Shown piece after piece: positions 26,461 through 39,574 of a stretch of DNA of 64,000 bases (its first letter is position 1; each line of letters opens with the position of its first letter). This DNA comes from Octopus sinensis (Eukaryota), in assembly GCF_006345805.1 (NCBI RefSeq), contig NC_043001.1, forward strand, positions 31,310,001 to 31,374,000, given 5' to 3'. Both the position numbers and the translations under genes were made by a program. The notes under the pieces were generated by a model, which was not told where the DNA came from, did not search any database, and saw only the letters and a program-made list of their open reading frames with translations.

Positions 26461-26914
26461 AAAATATAATTTATGTAAAATATAATTTTTCCCCAATAGT
26501 AATTTGGTACACCTATTCTTTGTTTAAAATATGAATATAAAAAACAGTGAATGGTAAAATTATTAGAACGTCGAATAAAATACATTGTACTTTTTGTTCC
26601 TTTTTTTTTTTTTGTTTTACATTTTATTCACGTTCTGAGTTCAAATGCTGTCCAGGCTCACTTTACCCTTCATCTTTACGAATTCCATAACTAAGCTGCA
26701 GTCAAATACTAGAACTAGTATAATTGATTAAAGTTCTGAAGGTCGGATCCCAGCATGGCTACAGTCCAGTGACTGAAACCAGTAGTATAAAAGATATGTT
26801 TATCTACCGCTAGATGGGCATTGAACAATGTTTGAAATATGAGTGGATTAGCTGGTTAAAACAATGTTAATATTTTACCAAGGTACCAAGGTGTTAATAT
26901 TTTACCATTTGGTA

Positions 26915-27125
26915 CCAAGGTGGCGAGCTGGCAGAATCGTTTGCACGTCGGGAAAAATGTATAGCGTCATTTCGTCTATCCTTATGTTCTGAGTTCAAAT
27001 TCCATGGAGGTCAACTTTGCCTCTCATCTTTTCGGGGTCGTTAAAATGGGTACCAGTGGAGTCGATGTAATCAACTTACCCGCTTTCCACGAAATTGTTG
27101 GCCTTGTGTCAAAATTTGAAACCAG
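26915..27125 (+). mobile_element. SINE family B monomer
   Basis: GGTGGCGAGCTGGCAGAATCG...GAGTTCAAATTCC...GGCCTTGTGTCAAAATTTGAAACC. Confidence 0.85.
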
Positions 27126-28277
27126 TATTTATTTAGTACTTATTGATTAAAATGTTTCAATTTCCCACTTTTGTTACGGACCTTGGAAAGGTAGACGAAA
27201 GAAAATGATTTGAAACTGAAAGGAAAATTCAGAACATATCACTACTTTACAGCAGTTGCTTAAAATTAATAAGAAATGGCTTCATTTGGCCTCTAAAATT
27301 AATACGTAATAAGTTTATTATGGAAAACAGGAAAGCAAATTATTTTAGGCGATAAGGAATCTGATGGATTTGAATTCAAGAAATCTAATATCTGAAACAA
27401 TCTCCAGAGAAGAAAGTGATCTCAGCCAAATTTAAATTTTGCAGGTTGAAACTAATCGCCTCACCATTTTCTGTTAAGTCGCATTCCCACGTCAACATTC
27501 AAATATTTTCAATTATACCAATCTGTACTCTCTTCGCCGACGCAAAGAATCAGTAGGATTTCTGGATTACATTGTTTTACTTTATTCGTAAATGATAGCT
27601 TGTCCTATTTATACTTTCTCTCTTCACTGTTGATTATACTTTATGTTCTCCTGCACACATTCACACACGTATATGAGAGAGCACGGTATCAGGAAACGAC
27701 AATTAGCATTGAAATTCTTGTGTGTGTGTGTGTGTGTGTGTATGATGTGCACATGCGCAAAGAGAATATCAGCACGCAAGTATCTACTTCAAAAGTCAAC
27801 TGTAGATCGGCCTTGAATAATAGCCAATCAACCATGTTTAGCCGGCACATAAACCACAATACATAATAACCTCCGATTATTGCTAGGAACGGAATATGAT
27901 TTTACAATTTATATATTCCATCCTCACTAAGAGAAAAGTAAAAGAAATATTCCCGGTAAATTATCAACAGATATCGAATACACACTATGGAATCAGAATG
28001 AATTCTCGTAATTTTGCAGAGCTCTCGTAACGAATGCTGGTGGCGTGCTAATGACCTAATCTTTCCCTCGCTGAGCAGAAAGAGATAAAGTGGTTATCTG
28101 TATAGATCAGGACAGGAAAAATCGATGAAATCTCTTCAGACCACCTCCCTATTGAATTTCGTTCCAAACTGAATGGCTCTTTTATCATTAATTTGACGGT
28201 TTTTCTCCCGTTTTAATGAATGGAATCGCGAAATTCATGCTCAATCACTCTCCTTCTCTTTTCTTCTCTCTCTCTCG

Positions 28278-28362
<85 letters not shown>

Positions 28363-28951
28363 CCTATTATCTGTAATCCTATCTGTCCTATCTGCCTACT
28401 TCTTTGATTTCCTCGTTCTGTCTTCTATCTGTCTTTCTCATCTCATTACACCAAATATACCCCCACCCTACCTTATTTACTCTGCCATATTACCTTCTGC
28501 CATCTCTCCAATCAATTACAACCTTTATTTCTATCTCGCTTTTTCACCCACATTTCCTCTAAGTCTTCTCGTTTTGATCTGGTTCCACTGAGGTTTTGAA
28601 GTGCTTTTATTTTTTTATTAATGTTTCAGTGAATTATCAATATAATGGTTACGGGGATCAGAGGAAAGTTGGGGGAATTGTTTGGAAGTAATTGACGTAG
28701 CTAGGTGTGTGGATCAGATATCTTGCGAAGAACTGTCGTAGTTAACTTGGTAAGGTATTTATGCGTGGTGGCGTGGGTTGCTCGAGAGGCAAAAAAAAAA
28801 TTCAACTGATGTTGTGTTATCTGTTTTATATGAAAACCAGGATGTTTTGTGCAATGAATTGTTTCCCGATGGTGGTTCTTTGGAGTGTTAAGAGACGTAG
28901 CTAGAGCTTATAATCTGCTGGGACAGTATTATGAGTTCATATATACATATA

Positions 28952-29400
28952 CATGGTGACTCGAAGGAAGGCATACATGCATTAAATGATTATAAAGTCA
29001 GTGTTTATTAAATTACTTCATTTTCAAAATTCCATAGAACCTACAGATACAATTTTATTTCAAACTGATGACTGTTCTGTTCTAGGCACTACTAAAACTC
29101 AGTAAATTAACATGATGTTACTCAATAATACGCTGGTTCCTAGGTCACCAGTAGGTACAATTATGGCGGCTAATTGAACCATTTAATCTAAATGTGGCCT
29201 CATTACTCCAAACAATCTTTGTTGCAAAGTGTACATCTACACATCTTACCAAATACCATTTGCAAAACCCCACTCTTCCGTCCAGGCTACCTTCATTGAG
29301 AGCATGTACTATTCTTGGAATGTAACTTTTCCAACGATAGCGCTTCAACAAGCGATGAATGCTTGATTTTGAAATATTTATCTCACAACTTGCTTACCTC
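28952..29400 (-). mobile_element. Mariner-type transposase remnant with one TIR
   Basis: ORF 29145-29351 reads [19 protein letters not shown]...RVGFCKW...[22 protein letters not shown]; TA+CATGGTGACTCGAAGG terminus resembles the TIR at 33005-33033. Confidence 0.75.
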
Positions 29401-29814
29401 ACAGAATTTTTTCAACTCTGGTAATATGTTTCTGGTACTCTTTCTTACTCTGTGAGGCTCGTCGATAATTATGGTCTTCAAGACCGTTTCTTGTGGACAT
29501 TGTGAACTTAACCCAAATTCGAGTGATGGTAAGTCGTGCAGGTTGATCTGTTTGAAACTCCCTCCTAACCTACTTTTGCGCTTCGATTGGTTTTCAAACT
29601 ACCTAGGGCACTTTAGGGTATATTTCCTTTGTCCAAAGCTAAACCTTTTTTAATGGGTCAAATCGTAAAAATAAACGAAAATTGAGTTATATGATGTTAA
29701 AGCGTGTATGCTTTGGGGGCCTCTCTCTCTCTCTATATATATATATATCTATCTATCTATCTATCCATCCATTAATCTATCTCTCCCTTTCTCTTCCTCT
29801 CTCTCTCTCTCTCC

Positions 29815-29845
<31 letters not shown>

Positions 29846-29858
29846 ATATATATACACA

Positions 29859-29932
<74 letters not shown>

Positions 29933-30420
29933 CCATCGTCTAGGCTTAAAAAATAGCCCTCAATGTTGGTTTCATTGTCCTGTTTTTATTCATTATGTGT
30001 ACTGTATTTTTTTGTATTTGTATTTTTATTTTGTATTTTTATTTGTATTTGTATTGATTTTACGTCCTGTTCTTGTCACATTTTTTCTTTCCTTGTTTTT
30101 ACCCCTCTGCAAAGGAATTTTATTTAATTCTTTTGCAGGAAGGATTGGTTCGACGGTTCGTGTTCTGTCCTTACCTTCGAAACACGCATTGAGTCGAACC
30201 AGGGACAGCTGATGAAGGGGAATATTCCTTGTATTGTTTGTCTTGTATTCTGTTTTTCCGTTGTTAAAAAAGTCCGTTTCCTAGTTTGTTCTTATGTTTT
30301 CGTTTCTCGTTGAGTTCTACGTTTATTTGTGGTGTCCTGTACTCATATATATATATATATTTATATATATAATATAATTAGCCCTGTAAATTTGGATTTA
30401 TTCCCTAATATTTATTATTA

Positions 30421-30486
<66 letters not shown>

Positions 30487-31814
30487 TGTAGGTACGTACA
30501 TATATGTATGTATGCATATATTTTATTTATTAAATTACATATATATATATATATATATAGGTGCTTCGTGTTGCTGGTTTTGTCTTGAAAGTCTGTCTAT
30601 TTGGAAAATAGGTTTAGAGTGCTCTCGTAGTGTTTATGTACTGAATGCGTATTTTTGTGTTATGAAGCCTCCTTTGTTCAACTTTATCGGAGTGCAATTA
30701 GAAATTTATTGTGCCTGATATTATGGTTGTAACATGTTTCCTGAACAACTATGATTCCGTTTATGCTTATGAGGTTTATTTTTGTATGTAAGGCGTTGGA
30801 TTTTTTATTTTTTGTACAACTATTAGAAAAGAAGATAGTAACATAATTTCTTTTTTTTTTCGCCGTTTTTGTTACAATCGTTTTATATCTATGTTGAAAT
30901 TTTGAAAATAGTGTTGTTTACATATATATATGTGTGTGTGTGTGTATCAATGCCTTTTGTTGTCTGTTATAGTCGATTAAGTATCTACACCCGTGAAATA
31001 ACTCTTCAATGTTTGGGCATTGTTTCTTGTGGAAGGCTAAGAGTTACCCATGCAAGCAGGTTTCACTTCTTTTCGCCACCGATGATGTCCAAGGGAAAGA
31101 CCGATGCACATGACATGTCAACAGTGTCGTCGCTACTGTTGTCGTCAGAATGCAAAGCGCGGGAACATATAACGCAAGGCAGCGTGTTTGATACTCTACC
31201 AAATTTCATCAGTCCAACCGCCATGAATTCGTACTATATTTGTCGTATTATATTTATCGACAACCGAAGGATGAAATACAAAGTAATCTCAGCGGAATTT
31301 AAACTCAGATTATTTGTGTTGGTAATTTTTTAAATCCTTAAAATTTGATTTGTGTAGAGTCCTCCCTTTCTGGTGAGTCAATTATGTGTGTTTCTGCGTG
31401 AAGAGATAAAAGAGTTACCCATGCAAGCAGGTTTCACTTCTTTTCGCCACCGATGATGTCCAAGGGAATTCAGTCCGTGACCATCCGTCTTCATTTCTGC
31501 TCGGTGTTATATAACTGGAAAGAAATTTAAATGATAGCAAACTGTATGGCAGTGAGTGAAAGAATAGTTGCTTTGTGACATTTTCTCCAGTTCTTTACGT
31601 TCTGAGTTCAAATCCTGCCGAGGTCAACATTACCTTTCACCCCTCTAAGGCCAATAAAATAAAGTATCATTTAAGTACAGGGGTGGATGGTATTGACTGC
31701 ATCCCCTCCTCCCAGAGACCAACTGTAACAGGTCGTGTGACAGCGTAGAAGCTCCTTCATCGACATATAGTAGTGGTATTCGCCTTCTTTTTCTTCTTCT
31801 TCTTCTTCTTCTTC

Positions 31815-31852
<38 letters not shown>

Positions 31853-32408
31853 GAGTGAGAGAGCAGTGCATGCCATCAAAGTAACACTGGGGTAAAATAT
31901 ACGAAGCCCAGTATACCCATCATGACACACCCGACTGATAAGGGTACACCAGGCACATGCATCACAACCAAATGTGCGCGACATGGTGGTCTCATATCAA
32001 GATAAAAAGCGCATGACCTTGCAGGTGAGGCCCAGTTAGAATTTTCTTCAGGTCGAATAACCCATCCCACTCAAGAGGTCCTTGAATAAGGGTTGTTTAA
32101 GGATGTTGAACAAACCACCCATGTTTCCAGAGTTGAATTATTCAAGCCCCAAAGAATCCCTCTCAACACTTAGCTATGATGCTCTCCCACTACTTCTGCT
32201 CGTGGTCAGAGATGCACATATCGTCAGCCACCAAGGGACATGGTCAACTGGTTAAGGTCAAACAACTGACAAGCAAATCTGTGGTATTGAGCAGAATATT
32301 TGTTGTAGCCCATCTTTTATACCAAGACAAAACAATTTAGATGATAATACTTTCAATCAGTTAAGATCAGAAGCCACGAGAGCCACTGCTTGGTACTGCA
32401 TCAGGGCA
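31853..32408 (-). mobile_element. Non-coding retroposon embedded in (TAA)n, possibly R4/Dong-related
   Basis: About 555 bp flanked on both sides by TAA/TTA repeats. Single copy in this window, so the repeat status and class rest on recall and target-site logic. Confidence 0.35.
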
Positions 32409-32425
32409 TTTATTATTATTATTAT

Positions 32426-32463
<38 letters not shown>

Positions 32464-32944
32464 AAGTCAATGGTGTTGAATGCATAGGTAGTTTTAATGG
32501 GTCATGCAGTGGTGATGATACTGTGGTGGGAATGATATATCTGACACTTACTCTGATGATATTTACATGATATACATAACAGCCGAAGATAATGATGGGG
32601 GGAACCATTTTTCATTTAAAGGTCACACTTCAATTTGTCGACGTGGTGCTCGGGTGAATGTTGAAATTTTAACATATATATAAAATATGTACTGTAAGAA
32701 TTAGTAAAGTAAATATGTAAATATGTTAAATTCAACTGCGTTGAACAAATATCTTTTATCTTTTACTTGTTTCTGTCATTAGACTGCGGCCATGCTGGGG
32801 CACAGTCTTGAAAAATTTTTAGTCGAATGAATCGACCTCAGTACTAACTTTTTTTTAAGCCTGGTACTATTTAACCTGTTCTTTTTCCCGAACCACTAAG
32901 TAACGGTGACATAAACACACTAACACCGGTTATCAAGCAGTTTG

Positions 32945-33033
32945 TAAGATAGAAATTTAAATGTAATAAAATGTTTTAAAAGAAATTTAAAGTGCCTACG
33001 TGATAACTCTAAACCTACTTTTGGGCCACCCTG
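32945..33033. mobile_element. Mariner terminal fragment
   Basis: Ends AAACCTACTTTTGGGCCACCCTG followed by TA (CAGGGTGG-type TIR). Confidence 0.55.
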
Positions 33034-33070
33034 TATGTATGTATGTGTGTATATATATACACATATATAT

Positions 33071-33102
<32 letters not shown>

Positions 33103-33366
33103 CTGTTGTGACTGGGGAGATTCATTTTCTTTTTGTGCCTTATAATTTAACACACTCACCCGTAAAATTTCCACTTATTCCTTATTTTTATTTTCTTAAA
33201 ATTTTCGTTGCGTCTTGCAGCCTTTTCAATAGTCTTGACTAGTGGAAATTTTACCGGTGAATGTGTTAAATTATAAAGCACAAAAAGAAAATGACTCTCC
33301 CCATACACAACAGAATATGCTTCAACACATGAACTCGCATAAAGAATCTTGCAAACCAAATCCAAA
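33103..33366. repeat. Family P1 in head-to-head inverted arrangement
   Basis: 33103-33176 is the reverse complement of 33241-33313 (few mismatches), separated by about 65 bp of P1 in reverse orientation. Confidence 0.8.
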
Positions 33367-33565
33367 AACGAAATACATACATACATACATACATACATAC
33401 ATACATACATACATACATACATACATACATACATACATACATACATACATACATAACATACATACATACATACATACATACATACATACATACATACATA
33501 CATACATACATACATACATACATACATACATACATACATACATACATACATACATACATACATAC
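33365..33565. repeat. (CATA)n microsatellite
   Basis: About 200-bp near-perfect tetranucleotide array. Confidence 0.95.
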
Positions 33566-34151
33566 GACGGTATTCTTCAGGTTTCCGTCGACTAAATCCA
33601 CTCACAAAGCTTTGGTTGGCACGAGGTTATAGTAGACGCCCAAAGGGCCACACAGTGGAACTGAACTCGGAACCATGCGGTTGAGAAGCAAGCTTCTTAC
33701 CACACAGCCACGCCTACGCCTATGTATTTTCTCTGTAGGTATTGAGAATGCGTCCACGTACGAAAAAGGGACTATAAACTATAATTAATTTTTTCCTTAA
33801 TTTTCTATGAAGCTTAACTTATTTATAGATTTCGTTTTTTATTGAATTGATTAAAATATACATGTAATGTTCAAAACATCTATGTTCATCCCTATTCGCT
33901 GCTATCAGGGCAGAGATGGCTATCCATAAGTGCGAGCCCCGTAAGTCGGAGTGGTTGTTCCAGCGTGTCTTCCTTGTCATTCACTAAGGCAACGTCTTTT
34001 CCATTTTGTCCGCCGGGATCGTGAGGCGGACTGATAAGTCTTTTTAGTTACAGCAGTTGTAATCATTTGTTAAACGAGTGAAGTTAAGAAAATAAAGAAT
34101 TAAAGTATTTCAAGAGATTTTGTATTTTGAAGCTGGATGAATCTTTTTTAC

Positions 34152-34269
34152 TTTTAGGGCCATATCATGTTGAAAGCACCGGCTCTCGTTCGATCACCGA
34201 AGTTAAGCAGCATCGAGCCTAGTTAGTACTTAGATGGGTGACCGCTTGGGAAACCTAGGTGCTGTAATC
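34152..34269 (+). pseudogene. 5S rRNA pseudogene
   Basis: GGCCATATCATGTTGAAAGCACCGGCTCTCGTTCGATCACCGAAGTTAAGCAGCATCGAGCCTAGTTAGTACTTAGATGGGTGACCGCTTGGGAAACCTAGGTGCTGTA aligns over the full length of metazoan 5S rRNA with several C>T/G>A changes; no oligo-T terminator follows. Confidence 0.9.
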
Positions 34270-34281
34270 ATCCCATTAAAT

Positions 34282-34696
34282 GGTGGCGAGCTGGCAGAAA
34301 CGTTAGCACGCCGGGCGAAATGCTCAGCGGTATTTCGTCTGCCGTTACGTTCTGAGTTCAAATTCCGCTGAGGTCGACTTCGCCTTTCATCCTTTCGGGG
34401 TCGATTAAATAAGTACCAGTTACGCACTGGGTCGATATAATCGACTTAATCCGTTTGTCTGTCCTTGTTTGTCCTCTCTGTGTTTAGCCCCTTGTGGGTA
34501 GTAAAGAAATAGGTATTTCGTCTGCCGCTACGTTCTGAGTTCAAATTCCGCCGAGGTCGACTTTGCCTTTCATCCTTTCGGGATTGATTAAATAAGTACC
34601 AGTTACGCACTGGAGTCGACGTAATCGACTTAATCCTTTTGTCTGTCCTTGTATGCCCCCTCTGTGTTTAGCCCCTTGTGGGCAGTAAAGAAATAA
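34282..34696 (+). mobile_element. SINE family B dimer (183-bp unit)
   Basis: GGTATTTCGTCTGCC starts at 34329 and 34512. Confidence 0.9.
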
Positions 34697-35793
34697 GAAC
34701 CATTTATCATTGGAATTTTATAGAAAGAATAAAACAAGAATGGTCGAATTAAGTGTTCCTCATCTATCTTCAAGGCATATTTCTGTTTTTAGAAGTAATA
34801 CATAAGTCCTTGTGTGTTCCTATCATATTGTGCTTCTGATATTTGAGTCCATCGAATAGATTCGTCTCCCCGTTTCATCACACATGCTCCAATGCAAACA
34901 ATACATCTCTCACACTTCACGTCAGAGAAATGGTCGTAAGCCAATCTCACCGATAATACAATTGAAATGACTATTCTATGTACTTTTTCTAACTAGCTGA
35001 TTAGTTCTCTCTTCTACTTTTCTCAGTCCCGCTCTTTCTTTGATAAAGCTAGTAGTTACTGTTCTAATTTCTCTTTAGCGAGATCCATTATCCGTTGTTC
35101 GCAAGGGTCTCGGCAATTTCAATTTACTCTGCTAATCTGGCTCCTGAATTTCTTCCATGCTAGGAAAGGTGAGTTTAACTTCCATTAACCGAGTCCTCGT
35201 CTGTTGGTCTTATCTAACATAATTTTGCACATCACGAATTCGTGACCCGATAACAGTCTACCTAAAACTATGAAGAACTTACACTGAATATATCAGTGAC
35301 TTGAAAATACTAAGTGCAACTCGAATATCTATGCAGCTTTCCCAAATTCATAGTTACGAATTGAGAAAAATCAACTCGGTATCTAGCTGAACAGGTCTGC
35401 GAGACTTGCACTCTTCCTCCTATCTTCTCACACACAATCCCTGCGTGCGTCAGAAACGTCATTCCACTCACCTACTATAATACTAATGAATATAATGTTC
35501 CTAGGAATGTCTTTAGACGTTTAAAAATACCCTGTCACTGTTTTTTTTTTACTATTAGTTTTGAAAGAACAATTTCACATTTACAGTTGGTCACATCCAG
35601 GATCACCGACTTAGCGATAAAAATCTCCAGTATGGTTTCTAGTATCCTAGACAAATCGTTGCCTCGTTGCCTAATCGGGAAAAAAGGTGGAACATTTTTT
35701 AAGTGTCAACAGCGGGAAGATAACTTATTTTACCGAAATGGAACAAATTGCTAACCTAATATATAGAAATGTTACTTAATTCGTAGGTTAATT

Positions 35794-36214
35794 TATTTCT
35801 TATTTCTTTATTGCCCACAAGGGCTAAGCATAGAGGGGACAAACAAGGACAGGCAAAAGGATTAAGTCGATTATATCGACCTCAGTGCGTAACTGTTACT
35901 TAATTTATCGACCACGAAAGGATGAAAGGCAAAGTCGACCTCGGCGGAATTTAAACTCAGAACGTAGCGGCAGACGAAATACCTATTTCTTTACTACCCG
36001 CAAGGGTCTAAACACAGAGGGGACAAACAAGGACAGACATAGGTATTAAGTCGATTACATCGACCCCAGTGCATAACTGGTGCTTAATTTATCGACTCCG
36101 AAAAGATGAAAGGCAAAGTCGACCTCGGCGGAATTTGAACTCACAACGTAACGGCAGACGAAATACCGCGAAGCATTTCGCCCGGCGTGCTAACGCTTCT
36201 GCCAGCTCGCCGCC
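35794..36214 (-). mobile_element. SINE family B dimer
   Basis: Reverse complement of consensus. Confidence 0.9.
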
Positions 36215-37229
36215 TAAATAATAATAATAATGGTTTCGTATTTTGGTAAAAAGCCAGTAATTTTAGGTGAGTGGGGCGGGGACTAGTCGATTACAACTGG
36301 TACTTTATTTTTATCGACTCCAAAAGAAGGAAAGGCAAAGTTAACTTTGAAATTGAAACTCAAAATGTAAAGAAGCAGATGAAATACCACTAAGCATTTT
36401 GTCCGACGCGCTAACTATTGCTCACTAGTTTAGCTTTTTCTTTCTTTTTTTTCTCCTTTCTTTTAAATGTTCTGTGCGTTAGATATGCTGACACACAGTT
36501 ACCTGCTAAGTTTAAAATGTTTCAGTACCCAACAAAAGGATATTAGATTCTGTATCCGAGGAACAGAAATAATTCTTTATTGATATAGTCATATTATTGA
36601 CGGCGGCGGCGGTGGTGGTGGTGGTGGTGACGACAGCGATCGATACAATAACATCGGGTGTTGGTAAAAAGCTGTTCAAGTAGGAGTAATGGGATGTAAG
36701 ACAAATGCAGTTGGTTTATTTTTTCGTCATCGCCATTAGTCATATTCATTTTGTTATTAAACAATCACTGTTCTCTTTTGTTGGTTTACTACACGTCTAT
36801 TTGTTTTGGGGCTTTTTTTTTTAGTGTTTTGTTGGGTTCTCCCCTTCTTTTTTTTTATCGATTTCATACAAGCAGTCACCATGGCTTCACAGACATTGAG
36901 TGAAGAATGAATAAATTCTACGCATCATGAACAAAATGAGAAGCAACAACGGACCCAGCCGCGATAAACTACAGCGGAAAGAGAAGTTGTAAAACTATGT
37001 AAAAATATCTCCATATGGCTGACTGACTGACATTTCAATGTGGGATTTCCAAATGAATTAATTAATAACTAGAACACGAAAATCACTCGTTTTCTACCTC
37101 GCGTGTCATTTCGTCAGAAATGTCAACATGACCGGCTTCCCTACCAATATCGACAAATTACTAAGAGATTATATTAGTTGAATCCAACCATATTTTCTTA
37201 CTAGTGTGGGTTATATCTTCATCCGTTAT

Positions 37230-37840
37230 TCTTTACTTGTTTCAGTCACTGAACTGCGTGCGACTATGCTGGGGCTCCGTCTTAATGGGTTTAGTCGAAC
37301 AAATTGACCCCAGGGTTTATTATTTTTATTTAAGCCTGGTACTTATTCTGTCGATTTCTTTTTGTTGAACCGTTAAGTTACAAGGACGTTAACAAACCAA
37401 CACCTGTTGTCAAGCGCTGGTGGGGGACAAACACAAAAATACACAGATAATTTGTTTATAGTGATCAAACGTTTGTGCTGTACATTAACCCCCTCGCTCC
37501 GTCAAATCGGCATTCCCTGTAGAGGTGCACTACGTTAGATTTCGAAGGGATTGCAAAGAAACATGAAATAAAGTGTTTTGCGCAAGAACACGACGTAGCG
37601 CCCGGCGCAGGAATCGAAACCAGTATTATGCGATTGCGAGTCCAACACCCAAACCACGAGGCCACGCATCCGCACGCACGCTAGATTACGACACGCTTCT
37701 TTCATTTTCCATCCGCCAAATATACTCACAAGGCCCAGAGCTATAGTCGAAGACACTTGCGCAAGGTGCCACGCAGTGGAACTGAACCCGAAACTATGTA
37801 GTTGGGAAGGGAGTTTCTTACCACACAGCCATCCCTGCAT
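37230..37840 (-). mobile_element. SINE family A interrupted by a tRNA-Arg-like SINE
   Basis: 3' half at 37230-37445 and 5' half at 37690-37840. Confidence 0.8.
37449..37690 (-). mobile_element. tRNA-Arg-like SINE (family D), copy 1
   Basis: Minus head GCGTGGCCTCGTGGTTTGGGTGTTGGACTCGCAATCGC..GGTTTCGATTCC; near-identical inverted copy at 39647-39886. Confidence 0.8.
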
Positions 37841-38317
37841 ACATTTACAATATAAATGTTTTGCAAAAGATGCTTCATACAATCAGAATATTTGAAGAAA
37901 AATTTTATTATAAATTCTTACTAAAAAAAAATCATTGAAAAACAGAATAACGAGAATATTTTAGAAGGAAGTTTTCGTATATAAATATATATATTTGCAA
38001 TGAAACTCTTCGTTGTCTGATTAATCGCAATTACTGAAGATCAAGTTGACCAGGAATTCGCTTCACCAATAAGCTGGTTGAATAGCCGATAGGTGATTAG
38101 CATATATAGAAAGAACTATAAGAAATACAGATAACTTGCTTTCAGTGGAATATGCACACGCTAGCCTCGCTTATGCAGTATCGGAAAACGTGCTATAAAA
38201 AACAAAAACAAAAAAACACTTTTAACTATTTAGATATGCGTAATGTGTAAAACAGATAGATACATTACTGAGTGTAATATCTCAATATAGATGGATAGAT
38301 AGATAGATAGATAGATA

Positions 38318-38480
38318 GGCGCAGGAGTGGCTGTGTGGTAAGTAGCTTGCTTACCAATCACATGGTTCCGGGTTCAGTCCCACTGCGTGGCATCTTGGGC
38401 AAATGTCTTCTGCTATAGCCCCGGGCCGACCAATGCCTTGTGAGTGGATTTGGTAGACGGAAACTGAAAGAAGCCTGTCG

Positions 38481-38518
<38 letters not shown>

Positions 38519-38740
38519 GGTATGTTTGGTGTCTGTATTTGTCCCCCTGGCGTTGCTTGACAGCTGGTGCTGGTGTGTTTGCGTCCCCGTCACTTGACGG
38601 TTCAGCAAAAGAGACCAATAGAATAAGTGCTGGGCTTTCAAAGAATAAGTTCTGGGGTAGATTTGCTCGACTAAAATGCGGTGCTCCAGCATGGCCGCAG
38701 TCAAATGACTGAAGCAAATAAAAGAGTAAAAGAGTGAAAG
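38318..38740 (+). mobile_element. SINE family A, full-length, young
   Basis: Close to consensus. Confidence 0.95.
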
Positions 38741-39022
38741 AGATAGATAGACACAGGCAGGCAAGCAGGTAGGCAGATAGATAGATATCAAGTATAAAAC
38801 TCCAGTATGATTCGTCAGTTGATTTCCTTTGGAAAATGAAAACATCAAAGTGAATTTTGTCTTTTAAACCGGTGATTCTTAATTGGGGTCAGTGTGGCTC
38901 TTGGGAGTCCATATAAGATTTTGTTGGTAAAATTTATCTACAATAAATTGATTTAACTTCTACAATACACAAAATATTTTTTAAGTAATTGTATTTGAAA
39001 ACTAATATTTTTAAATACAATT

Positions 39023-39428
39023 ACTCTTTTACTCTTTTACTTGTTTCAGTCATTTGACTGCGGCCATGCTGGAGCACCGCCTTTAGTCGAGCAAATCGAC
39101 CCCGGCACTTATTCTTTGTAAGCCCAGTACTTATTCTATCGGTCTCTTTTGCCGAGCCGTTAAGTGACGGGGACGTAAACACACCCGGTTGTCACAGAAA
39201 CACAAACACATACACATACATACATATATATATATATACATATATACGACAGGCTTCTTTCAGTTTCCGTCTACCAAATTCACTCACAAGACATTGGTCG
39301 GCCCGGGGCTATAGCAGAAGACACTTGCCCAAGATGCCACGCAGTGGGACTGAACCCGGAACCATGTGGTTGGTTAGCAAGCTACTTACCACACAGCCAC
39401 TCCTGCGCCTATAGCCACTCCTGCGCCT
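39023..39428 (-). mobile_element. SINE family A, full-length, with duplicated 5' terminal ~18 bp
   Basis: Reverse complement of consensus; AGCCACTCCTGCGCCTA occurs twice at 39393-39428. Confidence 0.95.
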
Positions 39429-39574
39429 AATATTAATTCTTAATATTTAATTATAAAAATATGATATGGATTTTCTTTCAAGCATCAAATGGCTAGGAGC
39501 GTAAATCCGAGTAGCATAGGAATCAAAGGAGTCCATAGGTAAAAAATAATTGAGAAACAGTTTTAAACAAACCG

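Noticed and set aside
28110-28145. Minus-strand CTGAAGA-GAT/ATC hairpin
   Set aside because: Followed by GATT rather than GAAA, with no stem III.
30173-30235. CTGATGA plus hairpin AAGG/CCTT, with an upstream GAAAC, as a hammerhead
   Set aside because: No GAAA follows stem II, and the permuted (type II) reading gives a mismatched closing pair and only a 2-bp stem III.
34282-34696. Regularly spaced 183-bp repeats as a CRISPR-like array
   Set aside because: The units are contiguous SINE bodies with no unique spacers, in a eukaryotic context with no cas genes.
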